In this document: positions 12,047 through 24,939 of the stretch, one piece after another
Position numbering within the stretch: position 1 is the stretch's first letter
How the letters are laid out: every line of letters starts with the position of its first letter
NCBI RefSeq assembly: GCF_006345805.1
Contig: NC_043018.1
Span: forward strand, 16,554,001 to 16,618,000
DNA: 64,000 nt
Source: Octopus sinensis
Lineage: Eukaryota
Direction: 5' to 3'
Notes under the pieces: model-generated
Database searches by the model: none
What the model was told of the DNA's origin: nothing
The model's input: the letters and a program-made list of their open reading frames with translations, nothing else
Translations under genes and position numbers: made by a program

Positions 12047-14134
12047 CGGCTGCTGTGATGGTAGTGGTAGTGGTGGAGGTGTGTTGACAGTGAAAATTAT
12101 CTATTTTTATGAACTAATTTTTTTTCTCATAGTGACCATTGCTTATCGTATAAGTGTAGTTATTTATTATATGCTCGCTTAAAATTTGATATTTGTTTAT
12201 AAAGGCCAACTCTGGATTCACAGGAAATACAGTTACAAGCTGCTCGAAAAAGAATGAGCAGACATGGAGCACGGATCAGAGGGGGAAAAGGTAAAAATAA
12301 TGCAGTCGATGACGTGAGGAAATGGATGCAGACAAACGTCAAAAATAATTAAAGAATACTTCTTTCTCTCTTAAACAGGTCCTCTATACGTTTCCCATTC
12401 CGTGGAATTTCGACGGGTCCCAATAACAGATATAGATAATAGAATTCCATTCAGTTTTCCTCTACCATATTCATTCAGCTGGTATTGGTCGCTGGTCGCG
12501 CTGGGCGTATAGCAGAAGACACATGTTCAGGGAATGAACGCTCGCACTTGTTAACTAGGCAGTCATGCTTGCACCTATGGCTGAATGAATTGTTGATGAA
12601 TTTTCTAGGCAAAATAGAAACGAATATTATTCAGTTTTTACTCTTTATTCTTTTGCTTGTTTCAGTCATTTGACTGTGGCCATGCTGGAGCACCGCCTTT
12701 AGTCAAGCAAATTTATTCTTTGTAAGCCTAGTACTTAATCTATTGGTCTCTTTTGACGAACCTATAAGTTGTAGAGACGTAAACACACAAGCAACGGTTG
12801 TCAAGCGATATTGGGAGGGGTGGGACAAGCACAGACACACAAACATATACACACACCTACATATATAAATACATATATACGACGAGCTTCTTTCAGTTTC
12901 CGACTACCAAATCCACTCACAAGGCTTTGGTCGGCCGAAGCTATAGTAGGAGACACTTGCCCATGTTGTCATACAGTGGGACTGAACCCGGAACCATGTG
13001 TTTGGTAAGCAAGCTCCTTACCACACAGCCACTCCTACGCCTATATTACTCGTGAAAATTTTCTCCTATCGTCTCACTTGATATATTCCCGTTTCATATT
13101 CACTTTTACGCCGAAACTACAATCAGGAATGAGTCTCAAGAAAGGAACTGCGCCAATATTGATGACCGCTCTACTATAGACACATGCCATGAAACCTTAC
13201 TAGAAGGCGCTTGTCTATTAAATCGATAACATATGTAGATATGTAGATCTTACCCTTTAGTCGTATTACTAAAACTTACAGAAGCTCCTCTCTTTTGACG
13301 GACGGAAGCGACATCTGAAAGAAATACTAAAATACATATGGAAGCATTAGAAGTCTATTTACCAAAGTTTCGTGTAGAAATACACAAAATACCCATGAAG
13401 CACTCAACAGGTAATTCATTGAATGGAGGATAACGTATTTATGGTAAGACGATCTGAAACAAGATGCAGGATCATGAAGACTGGAACTCGAAGTTCCTCA
13501 CTCCTACACTTAAATATGGCTCATCACTGTAGTGATGGATGTGTTTAATACATAAAAGGAGATAAAAAAAACCAAAGGAGCAATAAAAAGGAATGACAAA
13601 AAAAAATACACGTGAAACATTATATTTATAGCACTTGCTGAATCTCTTTTGTAATTATTTTAATAATTAAGAATTCTAAGGGAGGCGGCGGTGGAGAGCT
13701 GGCAGAATGGTTAGCTGGACGAGCAAGGTGCTTAGTGTCCTTTCGTTCGTGTTTACGTTCTGAATCAAATACAGGAGTAAGAGATGAGAGCACACCACTA
13801 GAATCCTTCCCGATTTGTATCAGTTATGTTGTTAATTAAATGTTATATATTATATAGAAGAATCTTAATTCCGTATACTTGGTCTATGCGTAGTTTTGAT
13901 AAATAGAGTTATTTATTTAAAAGCTGTAATTGCATATAAATTGGGTACACCCGGAACACCGTTAAGGTAACTTTATTCATTTTCCTCCTTCCCGCCCTTC
14001 TATTTTCCGCCTTTTTCCCTACTACATTTCGGATTGCTATAAAATAAAAGAAATTTCTAATTATACTTACCTTGTTTATCCGAGAAGGTGTATGAAATGA
14101 ATACACAAAACAATAGGACGCTGGTACCTTTCAT
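10068..14134 (-). CDS. Secreted 8-Cys knottin-like (agatoxin-framework) peptide precursor, gene A, 108 aa; exons complement(14071..14134, 13254..13314, 10068..10269)
   Basis: Spliced ORF MKGTSVLLFCVFISYTFSDKQ-DVASVRQKRGASVSFSNTTKG-LSSSCSKTVCLRIMPTRYCCPDMKCQCDIEVKKCRCIPINITRGTHNSIRQSIIPILVFLVKLLNY*. Donors G|gtaagt and GG|gtaaga, acceptors tttcag and tttacag; phases 1 and 2 fit. Signal peptide, RQKR site, 8 Cys, hydrophobic C-terminus. Every exon has a paralog in gene B. Confidence 0.85.
10348..10551 (-). pseudogene. Gene A tandem-duplicated alternative exon 3a (8-Cys domain) with apparent 1-nt deletion
   Basis: Same acceptor tattctgtatttacag, 282 bp upstream of exon 3b. Phase-2 frame YACTTSICQKYMSAISCCPGMKCIC, then 17 nt (not 18) before CRC; the tail HSQNNTHGTHNTILQSAIAILVFLVRLSIYRSQ* is in another frame. 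Confidence 0.75.
10820..10995 (-). mobile_element. tRNA-derived SINE family 3, partial
   Basis: ttctgagttcaaattccgccgaggtcgactttgcctttcatcctttcggggtcgataaatt on minus strand. Confidence 0.75.
12645..13042 (-). mobile_element. tRNA-derived SINE family 1 (head ggcgcaggagtggctgtgtggtaag)
   Basis: A-box/B-box-like head, internal (TA/TG) tract, tail cagtcaaatgactgaaacaagtaaaaga. Confidence 0.8.
13254..13314 (-). CDS. Gene A coding exon 2 (propeptide with RQKR furin-type site)
   Basis: 61 nt, phase 1 to phase 2; acceptor tttctttcag, donor gtaaga; paralog at 24047-24107. Confidence 0.8.
14071..14134 (-). CDS. Gene A coding exon 1 (signal peptide MKGTSVLLFCVFISYTFSDKQ)
   Basis: ATG at 14134, preceded by acceptor cag|gtgcgtg (exon starts 14141); donor gtaagt at 14070; 4 nt differences from gene B exon 1. 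Confidence 0.85.
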
Positions 14135-15886
14135 CACGCACCTGATGATAAACACAAAAAACGAGAGTGATTAATACAAAAGCATTTTTCTGAGAAAATA
14201 AGCAAAAGTCTTCAGCTGAAATTTAGGTAACAATTATCTTTTCGCTGTTCAAATATATTTCACTTAAAAAGCCAAGATTTACCATTTAAACAATAAGTAA
14301 TATGGCTAATTTAATTGCACCAATAGTACTAATGTACTAAAAATACGACTGTAAGTACATATTTTGGTGAAGATGACGCTTTCGAAGCATTTGTCCGTAA
14401 ACATTCTCCGTAGTGTTAACAGTGAATGAAATGTTCTTACTTCAATGTTTTCTGACTTCTGTCGCAAACAAATATGTAAGGCTTGTCACTTTGCATTGGA
14501 CAGAATGTTCTATGTGAAATATACAGTCAAAAATATTTTCTCTGTTTTCTATAACCAAAGTCAGCATTTCCTTCTCATTCCAGTGTATATTTAATTAACG
14601 AATTGCACTGGTATCTTACACCGTACCTAAAGAAGCTTTATTGTTTGCTGTTAAACATATGTGTCGTTTGATCCTTACACAGAAAATTAGGTAATCAACA
14701 TCTTTCAAATACAATACTTTCTGAAACAGCAGAAAATTACGTATGAGTTTTAAGTAATGACCTCTCTATTTATTTTATCTATTCAGCTAGTAATCTCGGC
14801 AAGGAAAAACTAATTAAAGAATCAATGAACAGGTACTCCAGGTATAAGTCTCATTTCAGAAGAAAGTTTGTACAGGTTCATATCTGGCAATTTGGAAGAT
14901 TCCAACAAGCATATCCTGCACCTGCGATAAATGCATCTTATTTCAGCCTGAAGAATACGCCATTGCTACCTGGAAAGGAACGTAACCGTTTTGCTGTAAT
15001 TGTCGAAAAATGTCTTCAAGACTATACAATCATCTTCAAACATACATTGTTGCCTGACTAAGACACAAACACACCAACTAAAACGCTATATGAAAAACAC
15101 ATTGTTTTGACTGCTATGACAAAGCTACTCCAGAACCAGAATGTATTCACACGATTTAAAACAAAAAATAATGGTCAATCAACTGAATACAAACAGCAAC
15201 CTACGGATAGCAAAATTGGTCAAATAGTGTTCTATGGAAAAGAGGGAAGCAGTTGGCCAGTGTTGCAAAGATCAGCAGTTTGTTGGATGTGAATGTTTTG
15301 ACGTAAAGTAAGAAAATGGGAACATCTTTCGTAAAATAATGAGAAATGTATAACACAAACATCCAGCCAAAATAGGTTCACTTGTTTCTTAGCAAACGAT
15401 TTACATTAATTAAAAAACAAAATTTACAAAAGCTCGACTTCATCCAAAACTGAAGGGGTCAACTGATTCCCTTTCATCAAATACAATCGATGAGATATAA
15501 AGTGAAAATCAGTAAATCATTCCGGTTATCCTCTCTCTTTGCAGATCTTGGATTGTTCACATGCAAACAGGCAACAAACGGTTTAAGCTCTGCCACTACC
15601 ACCATCATCATTACCATAACTGTGTAATGCTATTACTTAATCACATACAGTCGCAAAGAATAATTTATTTGTTACATACTTATTAGGTTCGAACGGTATT
15701 TATTCAGAGTTCAGTAGACGTTCTCTTGTGCAAAGTTCGAAATAATTGATGATAATATAATATTAGTTATCAAAAGAGCTTCTACCGTTCGATACTACGG
15801 CTTTCGTTTTGTTCTCTCTTTTTCAGTTTGTACTCCTTACCGTTTCGTCTTCTTGCTTACACTCACATATTTACATACATACATAC

Positions 15887-15926
<40 letters not shown>

Positions 15927-15981
15927 GCGAACATACATACACACCTATGATCTATGCATATATATTATATATGTATATATC

Positions 15982-16085
<104 letters not shown>

Positions 16086-17606
16086 AACAGCGTGATTTAT
16101 ACGATTTTATTCAATATTTATTAACTCTTGTAATTCAACAGCTGTGTGAAATAGTGAATAGAAAACGTCAATTGAAATTATATCAAATTTATGTCTGAAG
16201 TTACGCCAACGTTCATCATGGGAGACGTCAAAATTTAGGATTGAAACACGATAATGCTTATGTTGTTTTTTTTTTACACAGCAACATATAATTGATTCCT
16301 AAAAATCGATGCAAAGTTCAGATCCAAGTGATTCCCAATCCAGATTACATATGGGAAGAAGATTCTAATTTCTGTTGCTTGGCATCTCGACAACTGAATC
16401 ATGTTTGGAAAATCCCACAATACCTTCTGAGTAGAGATCGTGAATGGGAGCTATCTTTAATTTAGCTACGTCCATGTTTGCTAGAGCATGGAGAGACTCT
16501 TCGATTATATTTCCAAAACCAATGAAAACTCTTTTTTTTAGTTCTGGAAACCATCTGCTAACTTTGGAAGATTCCTTGACAGTAATTTTAATGCATCTGG
16601 CTTGAAATCGGTTGCAATGGCTTGAATCACGATGAAAAATTAAGTAGAAGAACTATAAGAGTGATTGAAATAAGACAAATCATTCAGGAAAGACGATAGT
16701 ATGCGGACTCTAACAACTCCTATCCTCTGTGAATTGACCGCTGATTCATTGGTGGGGGTGGTGAAGAATCACGTGGACAAATTACTGAATAGGTTTAGTA
16801 TTTTTAAAGCCTTCGATGGTATAGAATATTATCAATGGGATGAGTGGTATGATGAAGTCGAAGACGGAGAGGTGTGGTGTGTGGTAAAATGTGTTTTCCC
16901 AACAACAGGTTTCCCGCTTCAGTCCCATAGTGAGGCATTATAGGCTAATGTCTTCAAATATGTCCCCGGAACGCAAAAACCTTTGTGAGTAGAATTGGTA
17001 GACGGTAGATGAAAGAAACATGTCGTGTGTGAATATTCTAGTAATTTACAGAAAAACAAATGACGCAGACATGTGTATGAACAACAAGCCGGTGTATCAT
17101 TTTGACGCTCTGAAAAGTGAGAAAGTCTTTTACGTTTCGAGCCAAAGCTCTTCAACAGAAAGGAATAAGAGAAATTCATTTTTACATATGTCTATTTAGT
17201 GACCAAGCATATATATGTACGTCCGTGTTGAAGTTAAGCCCAGCTCTGACCTTGTATTGAAATCTTTTACGTTCCCCACACCGAATATTACCCATTAAGG
17301 CGTTATATCTGTCTGGTTCGGCAGGGGTTTAACCCGATTAACGGTTTCGATATACTCCTACACACCAAATATATCTTTGCACCCATAAACATAATTTTTC
17401 AGATTTACTTCTACCGACCTACCTACCTACCTACCTACCTACCTACCTACCTACCTACATATCTACCTACATACCTTACGAAGGTTTACAGATTGAAACC
17501 GGTACTAACCTTTACAAAATGTATTTCATGAGGAAATTATTTTAGCATTTTCAACCTTATCTTATTTTCCTTATACATATCAAATCGTGTGTCACTTTCA
17601 ACATTC

Positions 17607-17637
<31 letters not shown>

Positions 17638-17689
17638 GCACACGCGCGCATTGCAAAGATAATCTGGAACTCGACTGGGGAAAGAAAAC

Positions 17690-18297
<608 letters not shown>

Positions 18298-19074
18298 CAC
18301 ATATATATATATATTCTATTTTCTATTTTCTATTTTCTCTCCCTATTTATTTCTGTGTTCCTTTCTGTTGAAGAGCGTAGGCTCGAAACATAAAAGACAT
18401 TCTCACTTCCCGAGCGTTAAATTAATACATCTGTTTGTTGCTTACACAGCCGTCTTCGTCTTTTGTTTTTTTTGCAAATTCTCACTCTATATATACGTGT
18501 GTGTGTGTATGTGCGTGTATCAAAAACATGATTAATTTGCTAAAACTCTCGTGTGGCTTGAACACCTGTGTGGAGCTATAATATAAAAGTAGAAATTTGG
18601 AATAACTCATTTCAAAGAATATCAAATTTATAGTGTCAGTTACGTCAACGCTCATCACTGCAAGTCAGAACAACATCTGCCTGTCAAGAAGTTAGATTAT
18701 ATTTCTCTGCAGGACGTCAGTTTACAGATATTCGGATAAGAAATATCGTAACATATCTTTGAAGCACAGATTACACTGGGTTTCAAAGAATTTCTGTATG
18801 ATGTCGGGGTTTTTGACTGAGTATTCCGGCTTACACCTAAGATCGAACAAACGCTCCTTGCGGATCAAATTGGTAATATATTACTGTTTCGTCGGTTTTC
18901 AATCAGGAATCGGCAGTAGAAAGTCTACAACGTTTTATTTCCTGGAAACATAAACATAATACTTTTTCCACTTCGCATGGCAGACAATCAAAATCTAAAG
19001 CAAACTGAAAGAAAGAAAGAAAAAAGGAAAGAAAGAAAGAAAGAAAGAAAGAAATGGACAGAGAGAGATAAAAC

Positions 19075-19218
19075 AGTGGTGAAAACCACTTGCTGCAAGA
19101 GTTCAGTCCCACTGCGTGGAACCTAGGGTGAAGTGTTTTCTACTACAGCCTCGGGCCAACCGACGCCTTGTGAGTGGATTTGGTAGACGGAAACAGAAAG
19201 GATCCCGTCGTATATATG

Positions 19219-19297
<79 letters not shown>

Positions 19298-19490
19298 TTG
19301 TCCCCCAACATCGCTTAACAACCGATGCTGGTGTGTTTACATCCCCGTAACTTAGCGGTTCGGCAAAAAAGACCGATAGAATAAGTACTAGGCTCACAAA
19401 GAATAGGTCCTAGGGTCGATTTGCTCAACTGAAGGCGGTTCTCCAGCATGGCCGCAGTCAAATGACTGAAACATTAAAAGAGTTAAGGAG
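19075..19490 (+). mobile_element. SINE family 1, 5'-truncated
   Basis: Matches 30127-30535. Confidence 0.75.
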
Positions 19491-19586
19491 TAAAAGAGTA
19501 ATAAGTACATATTTAGGTTCTCATGTACTTAGGTTCTTTTACGATAATTCTCGCACGGTGTTGTCGTGCGATTGCAGTCGGTGGTA

Positions 19587-19639
<53 letters not shown>

Positions 19640-19809
19640 TGTGTGCTTTAACAAAAGTACTAGAGTAATTTAGCTCTTATTTCTAGCATCCCAGAGGTTC
19701 TAACAACCCCAGTAGCATTTAGTGAAATTACGCGCACACACACACACACATATATATACATATACATATATATGTTTTAATGTATGTATATATATATATG
19801 TATATATAT

Positions 19810-19885
<76 letters not shown>

Positions 19886-21174
19886 GACGACTCTCTTTTA
19901 GCTTCCTTACACCGAATGCTCTCACAAGGGTTGGTTTAGGCATCCCAAGGCTGTAGTTCACAACATTTATCCACTGTATCACACACTGGGACTGAGCCCG
20001 GAACCACGTGGACGCTAAAAGATTTTTTACCACACAGGAACATTTCCTTATCCTCCACTTCTTCATACCTGTCATCCCAGAAATATTCGTCTCTAGCATC
20101 CAGTATTTCAGAAATGCCAAATTGTTTCAATGACGTGTCAGTAATGTCAGACATTATGTTTCCCAATGAAGCAACGACCATTTCAAAGACGAGAAGCGTC
20201 CGTGCATCTTTCTTTCTTGTACATTTTCCCAAGTCATTCAACTTGCCTTTTCATTGTCGTTTACTGACACTAATATTTAATGCTTGAAAAACATTTGTTA
20301 TTCTGTCGATAATTTACAGCTCTGTCAGTGTGTGTTATCGAATGTTATCAATAACAATATTCCATTCTTTACTAAAGTGCTATAAACCGATCCCATACGA
20401 AGAAATAGTTTACTTTTTGTAGTCCATCAGACTGTAAAGTGCAAGCACTTATCCATTTGCGACATTTATTTTTATCCATGAATCTTTGAGCGTGCATGGA
20501 TGACATTTCGCCCACAAGGCCCGAGGCTATAGTAGAAGACACCTGCCCAAGTACATCAGAACTTAAGACAGTACTGAGATAATCCTAGTTTTCTTGGATC
20601 CAGTGGTTTTCATCACAGTTTCTTTTTCCTCTTCAATTTTTTTTACTTCTTTTTCTGCTTTGGTTTAGATTCTGATTCTCTACCATGTGAAAACGAAAAG
20701 GAATTTTATTTATGTTCCCATGAAATAAAAAAAGTTATAGTCTGTCTTCCACCGATTTCTGATTAAATACTGATGATTAAATACTGTAATATATCATGAT
20801 TCTGATCAGCAGGCATCATTTGTGAGATCTTAGTTCTCAGCCGAAGTAATCAGTCATAAATTCCATCCATCATGCAGTATTTCTTTGAAATTCTGTGTAA
20901 GATATATTGAAAAGAGATGTTACAACACGACTTTGCTTCTTCAGATATCTGTAACCTAATTTCCTGAGGAAAACTCTAATCTCACTACTCGAAACGCAGA
21001 TGTTGCTCTAACAGTCAGTGATGTTCATTGACGTCACTGGGGATACAAATTTGATATTGTTTCAAATGATTTATTCTTGTTACTATTTTTTATTACTCTT
21101 CCACACAGGTGTTAACAATATTTAACCACATCGCATAATCATGTTCTTGATACATACATACATACATACATACA

Positions 21175-21210
<36 letters not shown>

Positions 21211-21217
21211 TTATATA

Positions 21218-21270
<53 letters not shown>

Positions 21271-21292
21271 GATGTATGTATATATGTATATA

Positions 21293-21329
<37 letters not shown>

Positions 21330-21331
21330 AC

Positions 21332-21405
<74 letters not shown>

Positions 21406-21884
21406 GGTGGAAACAGACGTTGAAAGAGTTCTCATGATACTCTCTATATAAATTCCAGCAACTAGTTTGAACTTTGCGCATGAGAAGTCTCCTGATATCT
21501 TTGTAGGAATATCGTTCGAATATTTACAAGTATGTAACATTTAAGTTATTCATTGTAGCTGTATGTAAATTGGTAATACCATCATATAGAGTGGTATGGT
21601 AATGATTGTTTTTTTTAGAGGTAGATTGGGTGTTTATAAGCTTCAGCTCTTTGTTGCCTGTGTACAGCCCAAGAACCTCAACCAGAGAAAGTACCCATAA
21701 CGATTTTCAAATTTTCGCTTCACAACTTATTGATTGTATTTGGAGAAATTGCATAAACGTACTCCGTACTTCTTGGATAATCCCCGGAGCTTCTAGATTT
21801 TGTTCTTTGGTTAATGCAAAATGGTTGTTAAGAAACAAAGGAAAATATTGTTGTTGGATATTAAGGCTTTATGTTTTATTCTTT

Positions 21885-22125
21885 TATCTGCTTCAGTCAT
21901 TTGACTGCGGCCATGCTGGAGCAACACCTTTAATCGAGAAAATCAAATCTCGGAACTTATTCTTTGTAAGCCTAGTATTTATTCTATAGGTTCGTCATGC
22001 CGAACGGCTAAGTGACGGGGACGTTAACAAACCAGCCTCGGTTGTGAAGCGATGTTGTGGGGTGGCAAACACAGGCATACAAGCATATACATACACACAC
22101 GCTCACACAAATACACATACAATGC
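21885..22125 (-). mobile_element. SINE family 1, 3' half
   Basis: cagtcatttgactgcggccatgctggagca... matches family tail. Confidence 0.7.
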
Positions 22126-22858
22126 ATAAAATTCTTCTGGTATGAGTTGTATACCTGGTGTACTTATTCTTCGATTTTTTGCCTAGTTCTTCCTTGCCGA
22201 GATTGATAGCAGAAATCCTTAATGCATAAAAGAAACAGTGAGGCCATTAATTCAAACAGAAAGTGTTCTATTTGCAAAGACGTCGATAGCATAATTTTCT
22301 GTGTGAGAATCATAAGATGCGTTTAGCCACAAACAACTATGCTTATTCAGTATACTATTTACCAGTGCAACATGTTAATTAATAGACAGTGAAATGTGTA
22401 GAAAACATTGATTTTGGTTATAGAAAATTGTGAGAATACATTTGACTACGTACATTTCACCTACAGCAAGCCGCCAACTGCAAATTGACAAGCCTTACAT
22501 AATTGTTTGAGACAGAAATAAAAATAATATAGCTGTAGAAGCCAGATAAACTTGAAGTAAGAGTATTTCATTCACTGTTAACAATATGGAGAATATTGTT
22601 ATGGAGACGGACAAATGCGTTGAAGACATCATCTTTACCAAAATATTTATTCACATTAGTAGTTTTGGTGCAATTAAATTATCCATATTACTAATTATTG
22701 AAATAATAAAGTTTCGATTTTCAGTGAAATAAATTTGAATAGCTAAAAAAGGTAATTGTTACTTAAATTTCAACCGTAGACCTTTGCTTCTTTGTCAGAA
22801 AAAAGTTTCCGTTTTTCATGAACTCTCGTCGTTATATTTCTCTGTCTGCAGGTTCGTG

Positions 22859-22922
22859 ATGAAAGGCATCAGTCTCCTATTGTTTTGTGTATTCATTTCA
22901 TACACCTTCTCGGATAAACAAG
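22859..22922 (+). CDS. Gene B coding exon 1 (signal peptide)
   Basis: Acceptor tctgcag at 22851, ATG 22859, donor gtaagt 22923. Confidence 0.85.
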
Positions 22923-24601
22923 GTAAGTATAATTTTAAATTTCTCTTATTTTATAGTCATCAGAAATGTAGTGGGATAAAAAGCGGTAATAGAAAGGCGG
23001 AAAATAGAATAACGTTACCACAGCGGTCCTTCGGATGTACATCATTTATATGTAGTTACAGCTTTTAAATTGTTGTTTTCCCTTCTCGAGCCGCGCCTGG
23101 CTCATTAGGGCCTGTTTCCCGGTTTCCTTGGTGTCCCCCACCTGGACGGGACGCCGGTCCGTCGCAGGTGAGCTGCAAGATGCAGGAGGAAAGAGTGAGA
23201 GAAAGTTGTGGCGAAAGAGTCAGCAGAAGTTCGCCATTACCTTCTGCCGAAGCCGCGTGGAGTTTAGGTGTTTCGCTCATAAACACATACATCACCCGGT
23301 CCGAGATTCGAACCCGCGATTCCTCGACCGCGAGTACGCTGCTCTAACCACTAGGCCATATGCCTACACGCTGCTCTAACCACTAGGCCATATGCCTACA
23401 AGCTGCTCTAACCACTAGGCCATGTGTCTCCACACAGCTTTTAAATAAATAACTCTATTTATCTACACTACGCATAGTCATACGGAATTGCACTTCTTCT
23501 ATATAATGTATAACATCTAATTAACAATATAATTAAATAATCTTTTATAATACAAATCCGGAAGAATTCAAGTCGTGTAATCCGATTTGTTACTCCTATA
23601 TCAGAGCAGAGCGGGCGAAATGCCGCTGAGAATATTGTCTATCGAGCTAGCGATTCTGCCAGTTCGCCGCTGCTTTTGCGATTCTTAACTATTAAAATAA
23701 TTACAGAGATTCAGCAAGTGCTGTATATATAATGTTTCACGTGTCTTTAGTTTGTCTTCTTGTCATTGCTTGTTATTATTCCTTTGGGTTTTTTTTTATC
23801 TCCTTTTATGTATTAAAAACATCCATCACTACAGTGATGAGCCATATTTAAGTGTAGGAGTGAGGAACTTCGAGTTCCAGTCTTCATGATCTTGCATCTT
23901 GTTTCAGATCGTCTTACCATAAATACGTTCTCCTCTATTCAATGAATTACCTGTTGAGTGCTTCAGGGGTATTTAGTGTATTTCTACACGAAACTTTGGT
24001 AAATAGACTTCTAATGCTTCCATATGTATTTTAATATTTCTTTCAGATGTCGCTCCCGTCCATCAACAGACAGGAGATTATGTAAGTTTGAGTAATATGA
24101 CTTACAGGTAAGAACTACATATCTACATTTCTTATAAATGTAAATAATTTAGTATTGGCAATGCGGGAAATTGGCATAATCGTTAGCACTCTGGATAAAA
24201 TACCTAAAGGCATTTCTTCCGGCTTTATGTCTTGAGTTGAAATTTTGCCGATGTTGACTGCACCTTTCAAAGTTACTGGGTTGATGAAATATATACTAGT
24301 TGAGAAATAGGGTCTAGACAACAGAGCAGCACACTCCATCAACGTTTCAGGCCTTGTGAGTATAATAGGAAATTTATTAGTATTGACAAATTCATATTCT
24401 GCATAAAAGAATATCTGAAAGAGGGAGATATGAGGCGAGACGTATCAAAGAGAAAATTATTTTTCACGAGTCAAAATCAAATATTTTTTTTAATATTATC
24501 CCTACAAAATCAATTAACAAATTTATTGAAACCGTGACTATGGCTGTGTAGTTAAGAGATCCACTTCCTAACCACAAAGTTTGCAGATTCAATACCTGAG
24601 C

Positions 24602-24676
<75 letters not shown>

Positions 24677-24758
24677 GATAGATAATAAGATAGATAGATA
24701 GATAGATAGATAGATGATAGATAGATAGATAGATAGATAGACCGACAGACAGATAGAT

Positions 24759-24818
<60 letters not shown>

Positions 24819-24841
24819 TGGATAGATAGATAGATAGATAG

Positions 24842-24880
<39 letters not shown>

Positions 24881-24892
24881 GCAGATATAGAC

Positions 24893-24939
<47 letters not shown>

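Noticed and set aside
14825-15061. Minus-strand CIYRRCRIC stretch as a fourth Cys-rich exon
   Set aside because: No CC or 8-Cys framework, no family acceptor, and a stop in the phase-2 frame; its left part is homologous to non-coding 5' flank of gene B
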